The notes under the pieces were generated by a model, which had not been told where the DNA came from, ran no database searches, and saw nothing but the letters and a program-made list of their open reading frames with translations. Position numbers and translations under genes: made by a program. 64,000 bases of DNA from Girardia tigrina (lineage: Eukaryota), in NCBI GenBank assembly GCA_001938485.1, contig MQRK01243963.1, positions 73,062 through 137,061 on the forward strand, given 5' to 3'. Below are positions 49,398-62,993 of the stretch, in pieces; the stretch's first letter is position 1; the number at the start of each line of letters is the position of its first letter.

Positions 49398-50060
49398 CAG
49401 TGTAAGCCGCTTAATAGGACCACATTTGTCCCAAGCCCAACTGGTCCTATTAAGCGAAGTGGTGTTATTTTTCGACAAAGTACACTTTTCGAGTTGCTAC
49501 AAGAGAGAAGTTGGTGGTGACGATTTCATAAGAGGGTGTGAGCTTGCTGCAGCTCTCGTCAGCAGCCAGTCTGCAACCCTTTCCATTGTGCTCTAGCAAG
49601 ATTGATGTCGAGTTAGGCGACATACACACATGCGTACCAGGGATGGTAAGTGTATTGGGCTACCGCCACTAACTGTACTTTTGCTTGCAGGACACTTTTC
49701 CTCTTGCTGTGTCCTGTGTGTGTGTGCTACAAATGTAGCAGGTGCTCTCTGCAGCTAAAGAGATAAGAACAAATACAGTAAATACAAATTCAGTCAAGAC
49801 CTGCTTCTTTGTTACGTGTATATGTGTATGTTGATTGGGGTGGGTGTATGACCTACGCTGAAAACACGTTTTTCATGACTTTCTTGTTGTTTGAAGGGTC
49901 AAACAGTTTCATGAGTGGTCCCATTAACCGACTTTTTACTGGTCCTATTAAGCGGCTGCTTTAATAGTCGAAACATAGGAAATGATTCGGTCCCACAGAA
50001 TTTGGTCCTATTAAGCGGCTGGTCCTATTAACCAGTGGTCCTATTAAGCGGCTTTCACTG
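49398..50060. mobile_element. Non-autonomous pogo/Tigger-type MITE
   Basis: TA-flanked near-perfect TIRs CAGTGTAAGCCGCTTAATAGGACCAC / GTGGTCCTATTAAGCGGCTTTCACTG; several subterminal GGTCCTATTAA repeats. Confidence 0.9.
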
Positions 50061-50588
50061 TATATAAATAAATATTGATGACAGAGTTGCCGCAGCTGCG
50101 GCTAAGAATCATTGGTGAGGGGTCCCTGGGTGATGGGGAAATGACTAATTCTAACTCACAACCAATCAAGATTGGCCTCGATCCAAACGTCACGAAAATG
50201 AAAGGTTTTCAATACCGAACCCAGTGTTTGATACCACAGAGAAACGACTGTTTTTGCTCATTCGAGCGATTTTTCTCAAATGTACAATGGCATATCAAAA
50301 CATTTTTTTTATTTTTCCATTCCAAAACGAAACAAACCACACAGTTAAGCAGTTTCATAATTTTTAAAATGCATTTCTAATTTTTAATTATTATTTTTTT
50401 TAAACATTTTTTTTATTTAATACTTTTTCACATCACAATTTAGAGGAAAACATAAATGATACATCAAAATTTAGATTTTTCATAATAGTCCTAAACAAAT
50501 ATTTCAGTCATTACATAAAAACTAATTATTTTTATTTTAATACATATTACCGAAAATTAATACTGAAAATTAATGTTGATCAAATAAT

Positions 50589-51045
50589 GTTCAAAACAAC
50601 ACTCTCTGATTATTTCTTCGTTGGATATGTAAAGAAGGTGTCGGCTAAAGTGCTTGGCGCACATTTCAATGATACGTTTTGCGACTCTTGTGGCGTATGT
50701 TTTGACTTCATCGTCATTCCATCCCAAGGAGTGAAGTAGGGAATCGTTATCAGTGTGCCATCTTCCTAGGCTTCCGATGACAAAGTGAAAAATCTTAACT
50801 TCGTCCTTGTAATGGCGTTCGAGGAGGTCCATTTGAACTTCAAGGTAGTGGTCACATGCCCTTGTGTAAGCGTCAATGAATTGTTTATTTGCGATGGGTC
50901 CAAGGTCGACATAGATGTCCATGATCTTCCAAGTGTTGTCTGGGAAAGCGTGTGATCTTTCTGTGAAGACAGTGTCGTCGCCGAGTCTTTTGCGTAGGAA
51001 TTTTGCAATTTCGTCTTTGATTTTGTTGTGTTTGGACCTGGCAAC
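50589..51045 (-). mobile_element. Isolated restriction-like endonuclease (RLE) domain of an R2/R4/NeSL-type non-LTR element
   Basis: Open frame SKHNKIKDEIAKFL...FPDNTWKIMDI...AYTRACDHY...FVIGSLGRW follows the RHN, PD..D, K..KY and IGALGxW motif order of RLE domains. Confidence 0.7.
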
Positions 51046-52649
51046 ACAAATATTTCAGTCTTAAACAAATATTTCAGTCATTATATAAAAAATAATTATT
51101 TTTATTTTAATACAATATTACCGAAAATTAATACTGAAAATTAATGTTGATCAAATAATATTCTTCGTTTATTTAAATGTTCGATGTAAATGTACCGAAT
51201 TGATTCCAACTGTTCTTCCACCTTCATAGAGATTATTCCACAACATTATATCATTAATATTTTAAAATATTTTATTTTGTTTTTATTTTTATGATTTTAA
51301 ACAAATTAAGTTTTATTATTAATAAAATCTCGTAAAAAATGAAAACAAGAAACATCTTCTAAAATTGAAAGAATAAAAAACGTGAAAGATTTATGAAGAA
51401 TATTTTTGGAGACAAAATTGACATTTATATTTTCCGTTTTTTATAATTTGTTTGAAATATAAAAATATTTTCAAACTCATTCATCACATTTAATTATTTT
51501 CAGCTTTATTAAAACAAAAAATATAAAAGTCTCAAAAATTTTAGGATTTTTTTGTCATTGTCATTTTATTCTTAATTGTCTTTAACAATCTTTTAAATAT
51601 TGAAAAAAAGGAATTAATAATGAAAATTTATGGCATTATTGTAGTGAATCTGTTAGTTTTATTGGTATAATTATTGTGGTATATCGGCAAATTGTTTCAT
51701 TCTTTTGTTCTTTTGATTCATTAGTCACAGAAAAATTTACTCAAGTGTTATTTTGCTTCTTAAATTTATTTAACAATATTTTTTATATTTTAAAACTTTT
51801 TTTATTGTCACTAAAATTACAATTTAATGTACACAATAGTACTAATTTATCGGCTTTACTTGTTTAACAATTCAATAAAATATAAAATAAAATAAATAAA
51901 TAAAATTTAATTTTAAAAGATTTTATCAATTTTAGAATTTATATTTGCACTTTTGTTTAATAGTTCCAGAAATTCTCCATCATTTAATGTATATTAATGT
52001 ACAATAAAATACTTTTAAAATGATTTCGAAGAGTCTTTGACTGTACTCTTATCTGATCCATCTAGCTTCCATAATCTTTATTCATGTCTTCAGTTGCAAA
52101 ATTAAAACCATTGCCTTTATGATACATTTGAAACTGTCCATACAACCTTTTGTAAAGACCACATTTCGAAGAATACAGTTTGCACGTTCATTTAATCTCA
52201 TTAGGATTAGTTGATTTGCTTGAAGTAGTCGGTAAGGTAACGCTCAAATATGTAAAGACTACTAAATATTTATTGTTCTAATAAAATTTTTAGTAAAAGC
52301 GTATAAATTGGACAGTCCTCATTTTTTACGAGAATAGTGAGAATGGAAAATAATCTGACAATAAAGCACAGACTGCGTTCTTGTGTAGTTCGAATGTGTT
52401 ACTTTCGAGAGAAGTAGAGTATTGCCGAAAACTTGCTATGTATAACTTCGTATCAAATTTAAATTATGTGCAACATATTTTTATGTTTTAAGTTTGCGTG
52501 ATGATCAAAATTTTATTAATGATATTTCTATTACTCATTTGTATTTTTGTTTCTCTTTTTTTTAAATCGATATTCATTTCGTCAATTTCATTTATTTAGT
52601 TAATCCTTTTTCTTCTTTTTTTCAAAATTAAATTTTATTTTAAATAATT

Positions 52650-53070
52650 TATTATTTTAAATTAAATATTTTAAAAAAACGAAATACGAGCATCAAAGTT
52701 TATTGCGATTAATTTCGACGAATCAACCTTCACCATCAGGCGAAACTAGATCGATACTGATTAACGGACCTTTATATATCGAATGATTGTATATATAATC
52801 ATTTCGCAATCATTAAAACCTTGATAAAAGCACGTTGATTTCTGGATCATGTGTCTTCATCAACAGTACTTCACACATCACCCTCTCACAGAAATAGTCA
52901 AATTGTGAAAACAAAATTTTAAAATTATTTAAATTTACAATACTATTTAAACATTTTCTACGTTGAGCAATGTAATTCTCAACATCTTTTCAATTATGTT
53001 CCTGGATTCGTTTACACAGATGACGACAAGTCTCTCCGATGTATGTGGCATAACACAATTTGACAAAAGT
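52650..53070 (-). mobile_element. Penelope-like element GIY-YIG plus pLTR with decayed hammerhead (52704-52743)
   Basis: CYATYIGETCRHLCKRIQEH...ERVMCEVLLMKTHDPEINV; then CUGAUGG u GAAGG uugau UCGUC GAA AUUAAU C and AAUAAA. Confidence 0.82.
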
Positions 53071-56000
53071 ACAGCAACATTGAACTGAAATTAATCAATG
53101 ATCAAATTTTGGTTTATCAGTCTAAATAAAATTGATGAATGTTGTGATTTATTCGATATTTATGACTGTACACAATAAAATTTATGGTTTAATTTAAATA
53201 ATTTTGTAATCTAGCAATTGTGAAATAGAGAATAGAAAGTAGGTTTTTTTACTAATAAGGTTTTCGTTAAATCAGTCTGAGGATATGAATATCTTGACGA
53301 AAAAAGTGAACTAATTTTAGGACATTTTGAATAGAGAAAACTAAAGACATATTTTATAATTAACAATTTTTTGGTCCGTGAAGAAGACTAAAAGTAGTGT
53401 GGAAATATCAAGCAACGAAGAAATTATAAGGGAATAAACTGCTGATTGAAACCCATGGTAATAACCCAAAACAAATAATACATTTATAATTTATATTCTG
53501 AAGTGAAATACAAATCAAAGAAATCTTCTTCAATTAAAGTGTTATTATTTTAATTGTCGATTATAAGGAATTCATTCTATTAATTTTTGAATAAAATCCA
53601 AGTAAATGTGTAGAGACATGACAAATTATATCATACACGTAAAAAATTTTAAATACTTTAATATGATTAAATGAATCAACCTTTAGCTGAAAACATGATT
53701 TGTGATAAAAAATCTTTATAATCCAAAACTGTTTTAAGTATTTACACAAATCTAATTAATTATTTTTAATGTCACAGGTGCAAAGTCTTGTACATTGTAG
53801 AGACAAATCGTCATCTTATTTCTGTCGAATTTTTCAGGTTCATTATGGATATCTTTTAGTGTTGGTAGGATGAGATCTAAGTATACCCATTAGCACTCTG
53901 TAGAAACTTCACTTACGCGTTTTTCCTGATATTTTTGTCATTCTTGGGTTATCTACGATACATTGCTCTTTTATAGAAGAATCTGACTCTTCTTTCTATT
54001 ATGCTGTTTTTCGGGTTTCTATTAACTGACACAAAAATACGCTATGGCTATATTAACACATAATGTATTCGCAAGCGATTCCCAGTTACCGAAGCTAATC
54101 TATAAAGCGCTAATTTGTTTTCTAATATTATTATATTAATAATTATTTATTTATTTATTAATTATTTATTAATAATAATAATAGAATATTACTAATTTTC
54201 TAATATTTTGATTTTAAATGACGGTAATGTGTGTAATTTCAAACAATCAATTTTCGAAAACTTTATTTAATTTGAATTTATTTAATCACAATTTGAACTT
54301 TTTATTCCGAATAGAATTTGTTTAGTACTAAGTTGAATTTGTAAAGGTATGAAAGTCCTAAATATACTCAATCAAGTAGAAATAGTTCGATTATGATTAA
54401 TAAAAATGTCAAGAAAGTCAAAGTTGTGGTCATAGAAAGACATATTTTAAAGATTTTTCTATACATTAATAAAGAATTGTACCCGCAGCATTGTTATTAA
54501 AGTTTGTCTTTAATATTTGTATGATTCAACTTCATAAATATCAATTAATAATCTTTGTTTGTATTATTATTAAAGTTGTCGTTATTAAAAATTAAAAATA
54601 TATTTTAAATTAATATTTCAATTATAGTTAATAGGCGTTAATAGACTTATTATATGTTCATATGTTACTAGGACGCTATTTTAATGGGCATGATTTTATA
54701 ATTACGCCCCAGGAAAATAAAATAAATACTTTCTTTTTTTTCAGGTCACAAAGGTTTTAATCAGACCAAAAGGCGACTTGAATCCGAGGTGGATTGAGAA
54801 AACCCCTACAGAATTGTCAAAGATTATCTTTGTTTCGTGACATGGATGTCATTGTAATAATTGGTTAGGTTTTCGCAATATCCTATTGAAACCCGTAGGT
54901 TCACGGTCTCATTATTTCAAGTCTTCTTCATGATACTTAATCTCTTAAATGATACAAAGTTGTGACATTTATATAACATTAACCGAACGAGTTAGTCGAA
55001 ATAACATTTTTAACATATAAACTTTACTAATTAAAAGTAAATGATGTTTTATAATGTCTTTCTGTCATAATTAAAAAAATTATTTAAATACTTTTGTTTG
55101 AATTATAGAAAATATTAGTATATTATTTTGGCTATCTCCATCCAGTAAGGACCCAATCTAATTGAAGGATCTGAGAAAATTCATACTTGAATCCCCAATT
55201 TTGGTAAAATACATTCCCTTACAAGTTAAAAAATTGACAAAACTTGGTTTTCATGACACATTAAAGTTATAAAATCTCGATGAAGTATTAACTTAGAGAA
55301 TGAATATATTTGGCGCCATTTTTGGTACAGTATGATAGTTATATTTGAGTTCGAAATCAGAGACAGAGGTTTATTTTTCCAATTTCCTAACTTCAATTTT
55401 GATCGGAAAATACTTTCTCCTTTCTCCCCAAATGTTTCTTTGGAACTAATTCTCAAGATTATTCGAAAACATTACTTAAACCAACTTCTTCCTCTGACTG
55501 TAAGATCGTGGTACAACCAGACATCATATTTATGTTTTCTATTATAAATTCAATATGAATCAAAACACTTTTGAAATTATTCTTTGAATTTTAAAATTAG
55601 AAATATCATAAAATTTCTCAGGAAAGGTAACTGCAAATCATAAATGTTAATAACCAAAAATCATTAAAATATGTTCATTTTCTTCTTCTGGTGTTCAGGT
55701 GTCCAAATCAAAGTAAACCTTCCTTCAATAATGAAGAATACTTTAATTTCTACCTCACAAAACAAATACGGCTTCCCAAGAAAACTTAATTATAAAACCA
55801 ACCCAAAATATGTTCAATCACAGCGATTGAGATAAACAGAAGATTATTCCTAATAGAATCACACAGTCAAACGGACATTTAGCCGAGGAGAGGTTGTTCT
55901 CTTCGTGTTTCTCTTATAAATTAAAACAGTCGTAATTATTTCTATTAAGTACTTTAAACTCTTATCTCGGTACATAAGATTTGCGTCAGCAGAATTGGTC

Positions 56001-56478
56001 ACGAGATTTCTGTGAATTAGTCAAAACGGAAAACTAATAACAAGTTGGATATCACGTAAATTCTCTATAGAAAATAACATGAACTAAACCCATTTATTGA
56101 GATAGTTGAGACTCTCTCATGGAGAAATAATATGAGCATTTTTGTAGTAACTTAAAAAGACACCAAGAAAGACTAGTTTTAAAAGGTAACAAGGAGTCGA
56201 AGTCCTTAATAGATGATGGCAAAAGTATGGCGACATTATCAAATGAACAATAACCCACTGGATAATTTCAACAAAGAAGCATAATTCCTATTCAGATTAA
56301 TATTTTTATTTCTATTCCATTAGGAAATTATATATATTTACATACATTAATTAATTAATTAATTAGAAATATTTTCCTAATGATGTTTTACTTTCATTAT
56401 GAATGAATTGAATCCTTCTTTTGATACGTATATTTTAATTGAAGACTTATTTAAGAGACATAAATACGAAATATGTAA

Positions 56479-56480
<2 letters not shown>

Positions 56481-56538
<58 letters not shown>

Positions 56539-56563
56539 ATATATGTATATATATATAGAGAGA
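56481..56563. repeat. (TA)n-(TG)n-(AG)n compound microsatellite
   Basis: Directly visible. Confidence 0.97.
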
Positions 56564-56569
56564 GTCTTG

Positions 56570-59500
56570 TGAAAGCTAATTTGTATTTTTGAAAAATAAT
56601 TTTGTTAAGTTTTTTTAAGAAATTGATTATTGAACATGTTTTGATATTTCATATTCCATCATCAGTAATTATATTATTGTTAGTTTTCATTTATGTTTTA
56701 ATGAAATAATGTTTTTATTTATTTTAATAATTCAAAATATTATTTGATAATAATTGCAAAATTTTTTAAAATCTAATTTAAGATTTGAAACAGCTTTACT
56801 TTGTCCAATTGAATGTGTATTAATTGGTTGTAGTGTTTCATTAATAATGATTCACAAAACTGGGCTCATATGGTGAATCGAAGCCTTTCCGTAAAACAGA
56901 AAACTTATCCTTTGAAACAAAAGAGATTCTCTTTTTACAATTATTTCTATTGAATATGAGATCAGGAATAAATTTAAATTTAAAGATTTAATTTTGGATA
57001 TGATCCTTAAGGCGACTATGAATGTATGGTTTCATTTTATGTCTCCAATTTATTTACAAATGTGCCTTTAGACGAAATTTGATTTGTGTGAAAAATTTAG
57101 CCAGATTCACACTGCCGTCAGCCGTCAACAGCCAGCTATCAGTAGAAAAGGATAAAGCCAGCACAAAAATTGTGACTCACTCAATGCAAAATTATGAGGC
57201 CATTCACGCTGCACTCATCAGTAGCTGAGTAGTGACTGGGAACACTTTCAGCATGCTGGCAGAGTTTGTTCAATGATAGATACTTACCGATTTCTGAAAC
57301 TGCAGACGTGGGTCCAAAAGGCTTTGCATAAAATCACAAAGTACATGCATTGCTAAATCTTCTCTACATACGCTGCATTGCCAATAATCATATTCTCTGC
57401 AAGTCATTCAAATACATTGCGTAAATGCACATGGAATCCATTCCATCATTAGAATATGAATTATATCTCACAGCCAATGCTTGTGAAGATCATTGGCGGT
57501 GAAAGAAACCGGTTAAATTCTAGCTGACGTTATTTTCTTGACCTAAATGTGAATGAGTTTGTCAGCGTCAGCTTTTTCTGCTGACAGTTGCCTGCTGACT
57601 GTTGATTGCTGACGGTAGTGTGAATTTAGCTTAATGGAATGATAATTCTGACTCTTTGAATGAGGTAATGAATATAGAAGCGTTAAAGAACGTCTTAAAT
57701 TTTCTGCCTTAAATGTACCATTTCTGAACAACATTCAGAAAGATTGAGTCACAAGAGATTTTCCATTAGTGGGCCTCCCATCTCTTTCAATGGTATTGAG
57801 CCTAAGGCTCTTTAGAGGGTCCACCCAAACTAAAGTCCTTAAGGGCCCCCCGATAGGCCTCCTACGGGGTCAGTGTCCTTCTGCCNNNNNNNNNNCGGTT
57901 TTCCAGTTGCAAAAGACCAGCCATGGAATTTGGTGCCATGGCCATACATACCTTTGGCGGTTACGGTGGACGCGTAACATCCTCTGAATGGGCACTGGAA
58001 ATGTCCTTTTGCTTTCCATTAGTACTAACGTTGACACCAAAGTCTCTTGAGGATAAAATCTATACAAAGACTGAAAGAAAACCTGTTCTGAACAAGAGAT
58101 ATGTTGATGACATATTTCTTGTTTTCTTTTAAAATTCTTGAATGATCTTCCTCCTAATATTAACTTCACTATAGAATCGGAAGCAAATAATAAACATTCT
58201 TTTGATTAGGATGAATGAGAAATATCAAACTGAATTATACAGAAACACAACAGATACATGTCTCTATACAATAACACAAATTTTTTCTTTGGAAAAATAT
58301 AGAAAGGGAATAATGAAGGACTTGGTTCACAGAGTTTAGAATTTTTCTTCCAATTTTGAAGCCGAAAATCATGGTTAGATATTCTTAGAGACGGATTGAG
58401 GGACAAAATATGCACAAACAAACAGATGGATCACAACATTTAGAGTACAACTGACAAATTATGTACACAAACACGGGCAAAGAAAAGATTAAAGGTCTAA
58501 AAACTTGAGGAGCACAAACAAATAATCAAAATACCCTATTCTAGGATTTAAAATATGTTAGAAGAGTATTTGTAAAAATATGGGTAAGGTCAAAGTGGTT
58601 TTGGTGACATCCAAATTTCAATGCTTCTTCAAAAATAAATCGAAAACTATTTGTGAATTGCTAATCTGGTTATAAATTTGATGGTCACAAGTGTAAAAAC
58701 TCATACATTGGAGATAGGGATCAATGCATCAGCCAGTCAGACATACCTCCAAATTTTGTCCGTGGGAAACTAAAGATATCCATGCTTTAGTGTCCGAAGA
58801 TAACCGAATGCTACTTGAACACCCGGCAGTAATTTGTATCATTAGTGGACTAACAATTCACTTTTAAGGATTAGTTACTATTCTGGTTGTAAAAGCAATG
58901 GGGTAGATCGGCATTATTATTGTGAAGCATGGTGAACCTGTGGTTGATGATGAGATATCATTGCTGTGATATCCGATGAACCAATCGGATTGAGAAATGA
59001 TACGATGATGCATGTTATCAAGCAGAGAAATACTGAGTTGATCCACAGTTGGTGGGAATACTATCAGCTTTTTAGGACATCCTAAAAAGTCACGAGATTA
59101 ATTACCTTTAGAAGTGAGAGATGGTTACACTGGAGAGACAAATCGTAATCTCAAAACCTGTATAAGTGAGCATTCACAATCGAGTAGATCGACTAAGATT
59201 TTTGATTATTGGTTATATTGTGAAAATAGAATCTATTTCTGATTCAAAGGATGAAATTTCTATTTTACAGAAGGGTGCTAATGATTTATATCATGAGCGA
59301 TAGTTCTACGAATCATTATTGATTAGACACTTCAGCCTATTAATAAACATTTAAACTGGACTAAGTAAAGCTGTTTCAAATCAAAAAATCTTTAATTAAA
59401 TTTTAAAAAAATTTGCTATTATTATCCTATAATAATTATTAAAAAAAAACTAAAAAAATCATTACAACTAAACTAACATACATTAAATTATAATTACTGA

Positions 59501-59620
59501 TGATTGAGTATGAAACATTGAAAATGTTAAAAAGTCAAGTTCATAAGAAAAACTATAACTAACAAAATTAACAGAAATAATGCAAAGTTAAGAATTCGAA
59601 CAGTTTTAAAACCATTTATT
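56570..59620 (+). mobile_element. Penelope-like element body with an inverted 3' copy at its 5' end
   Basis: RT motifs MVSFYVSNLFTNVPLDE (~57027), KRYVDDIF (~58100), NINFTIESE; GIY-YIG at 58660-58715 and 59127-59350; ~56570-56870 is a diverged inverted copy of ~59290-59600; both copies carry decayed CUGAUGA hammerhead remnants. Confidence 0.82.
57100..57630. mobile_element. PIF/Harbinger-type MITE inserted in the PLE RT
   Basis: TTA TSD; TIRs GCCAGATTCACACTGCCGTCAGC / GCTGACGGTAGTGTGAATTTAGC. Confidence 0.85.
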
Positions 59621-59859
59621 TTCTAAAAGTTTTTAAATAACCTTATTAAAATTACTTTTGAGTCAATTTATTTAAAATTAAAAAATACCAAACATATAAC
59701 AAATGTAACAAATGAAGGGGAATATACAGCAAAATTACTATTACAATTTTCGTTTTCTGAAGAAGATTAAGAGTTTAAATGTTTTCTCGAGAATATTTTT
59801 CCAGTAGGACTTAAAATTTAGATATTATTTCAACTAATAAAATTTCCTATTATTTTTCT

Positions 59860-60100
59860 AATAAAGCTAAAACACCATTGGATATGGAAGCCGATATAGT
59901 TTACCAATATAAATGTCACAGTACATTGGAGAGACAACTCGTCCCCTCCACACTTGTATTGCTGAACATACTCAAACAAGTAGAAATAGCTCCATTATTT
60001 GTAGGAAAGGACACGACAGTAATTTTCGTGTTTAATCAGTAACTTTAAATATAATTATGAAAGAATAATTACTAAATCATTGTTAATTAAGTTTTTGAAA
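59860..60100 (+). mobile_element. PLE GIY-YIG fragment related to 5606-5920
   Basis: ADIVYQYKCH...YIGET...IAEHTQTSRNSSI. Confidence 0.75.
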
Positions 60101-60107
60101 CACACAC

Positions 60108-60171
<64 letters not shown>

Positions 60172-60221
60172 NNNNNNNNNNNNNNNNNNNNNNNNNNNNN
60201 NNNNNNNNNNNNNNNNNNNNN

Positions 60222-60259
<38 letters not shown>
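60101..60259. repeat. (TA)n microsatellite spanning an assembly gap (N 60172-60221)
   Basis: Directly visible. Confidence 0.97.
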
Positions 60260-60262
<3 letters not shown>

Positions 60263-61554
60263 TATTTCATAACAATTATGTTGTGTTGTCTTAATTTTGA
60301 TTTAATTTATGCTTTAAAGTTTATTAATTAATTCGAGTTTTCCTTTTAAATAAATAATAAGTAAATGAAGAACAAAATATAGCTTGATATTTTTTAACAA
60401 GGTATTTCTACAAATAATCTCCTCATAATGTAAGAAATTTTGATAAAAATTTACGATAATCGAAAAAGAAAAGACAAAAAAGTAAAAAATAAAAATTAAA
60501 TAAAAAATTATAAATCTTAAATTAACATTCAAGTAATAAGGATCGACCATGAATGAATTTTAATTTCTTAATTCAAATGATTTAAATCTGCAGTTGTAAA
60601 TTTATGTTATTTTGGTGTAAAATTGAATCTGTTCATTATGATTATTATTATTTCTTTTTTATTTTCAAAACCTTTGAAGAATGTTAATTTTTCTTATATG
60701 CACTGGGATGGAACCTTTTTAAAAGGTTTCTCACTTGATGATATAAAATGGGTTCGTATTTTGAGTTAATAATAATTAATATAATATGCAATAATATTTT
60801 AAAATTTATATAAATCCTTTTTTATTTTTTGTTTTATTAAATTCAATCTTTTTTACAAAAGAATCATTTATGAATGACGTTGTCAAAGATAACTAATTTT
60901 ATTTCTTTGTAATTTTCTATAACGTTGATTAATATAAAACACAATTTTCATTTATAAATTGTGAAAAAAAGATCAATTGTTTATATATGAATCGTTCTTT
61001 AAATAATAATTAATTAATAATAATCAATAATAGATAAAAAAGCAATAATTAAAATGAATATATTATTTAGGAAAATATAACTGCTTCCATGTTCCATAAA
61101 TTTAAAATTAAAAATAATAAATAAAGTGAAGTGAATAATTTATTGCTTCCATTATTCTTTTGAAAAATAAAAATTTTAAAATCTGTTATTGGACGTTTCT
61201 AAGATGCTCAGGGCAAAGAAATGTTAAAATGAGTATTCAAATTATAAATAAAAATTAAAGATATACTATATATAAGATACATTAAATATATAAAATTTAT
61301 AAAATATATAAAGTATTAAGAATGTTTTCCTAGTAAAGTTTTCTTCAATTTTAATTTAAATAACTTAATTTTCAACAAGTTGTCCATTTTCGAGCCTCAA
61401 TAATTTAATATTTTTATTTTTGATCTACTTCGTCGTACATTTTTATAACTTAAATTTTGAAATTTTCTTAGATTTTAATACTTTTTAACTTTGGTTAGTT
61501 ATTTAATTTTTAATTAAACTAGCAAGACTTAAAATTTACAAAAGTGTATACAGT

Positions 61555-62580
61555 GTCAGGTATTAGATTAGAATCAAACATCAAAACATATGTAACATAA
61601 AATAATTGTGATATCGATATCACATGTTTTAATATACAACTCAGAAAAAGGATTGTCACGCAGGAGCAGAAAAAGTTTATCATTATTGAAGGATAAATTC
61701 GAGATGGAAGAGGAACGCAAAACGGTAAAAGAAGTAGTCGGGGCGTGTAAATTTTTATACGTGAAAATTGTCAAAAAACCAAAACAGATACTTCGAAAAT
61801 GAAAGAGGAGACAATAAAAATAACTTCATCGGAAGCGTTTGAGAAGGTATATATGGGCCGCATATATATGCGGCCCATGGAGGGAGACAATAAGAAAAGA
61901 AAAGTATGTAATGGCCATGATTGACCATTTCATTAAATATATCGTTTTGACAGCAATCAAACGACAAGATGAGCATATGATTATGCACACAATATTGACA
62001 AAATGGATATTGAAATTTGGCTCTCCCAAAGAAATACATGTAGACTGCGGGAAAAGTTTTGAATCGCAGGCAATAAAAGAAAATTAATTATTAAAGAAGC
62101 TATACAATTAGTGTTCTCGAGCCCGTACCATCATAATACGAACGGCATGGTTGAACGACAATTTCGTACTATACGTGAATATATACAAGCAAGTTTAATG
62201 AAATGAAGGAGACTAGTTTGGTAGATATGCTCCCAGAGTTGGAATTCACGTTGAATGTGACACGTCAAAAAACGATTGGGAATAGCCCTGCTGAAAGGAT
62301 ATTCAATAGGAAAATAGATAGACAGCAAAGGTATAGTAATGGTAGGCAGGCTTCAGACGATAACATTAAAGTCCCAGAGGAACAAACAAGACGCAAGTTC
62401 AAGGTGGGAGATCAGGTTTGGGTAAAAAAGAAGTGAAACATAAAGGAAATGACAGATATGAGGGCCCATACACCATTATAGAAAAGATTCATGAGAGGAG
62501 TTATAAATTGGAAGATATAGACAAGAAACAAATAATCACAAATGTTGAAAAGTTCAAAAATTTTAAAGAAAAGGGGGAAT
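61555..62580 (+). mobile_element. Gypsy integrase pseudogene with polypurine tract
   Basis: ICGP...MIDHF...KFGSPKEIHVDCGKSFES, SSPYHHNTNGMVERQFRTI, FKVGDQVW, RYEGPY; PPT AAAGAAAAGGGGGA near 62565-62578. Confidence 0.9.
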
Positions 62581-62993
62581 ATTAGGATTTTTTATGAAAT
62601 GTTTTTAAAATTTTTGAAATAATAATTGAATTCGAATTATCATTTTAAAATTAAAAAAAAATCAAGAAATAAATAAAGTTACGTTAACTATGATAACATT
62701 TCGTAAATTTAAATAAAAAATGAAATTATTTAATTGTCAGAAATTAAAAAAAAGTCAAATGGATTATTAATACTATATTTATTTTCATTGTACCGGTTTC
62801 AGATTTATGAAATAAATAGTTCCTCAAAAGTAAAAAAAATAAATTAATTTAATTTCGATTAAATTTGTTTAAATAAAATGTATTAGACATTTTTTGTGGA
62901 GAAATAAAATTTGAAAAACTGATGTCGGCTTTTAATATTGATAGCGTGGAAGATGTTCCAAAAACATCTAACATAACAAACATCTAACAAAAA

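Noticed and set aside
49398-50060. Spaced GGTCCTATTAA repeats as a CRISPR-like array
   Set aside because: Irregular spacing, both orientations, and located inside TA-flanked TIRs, so they are transposon subterminal repeats; eukaryotic context with no cas genes
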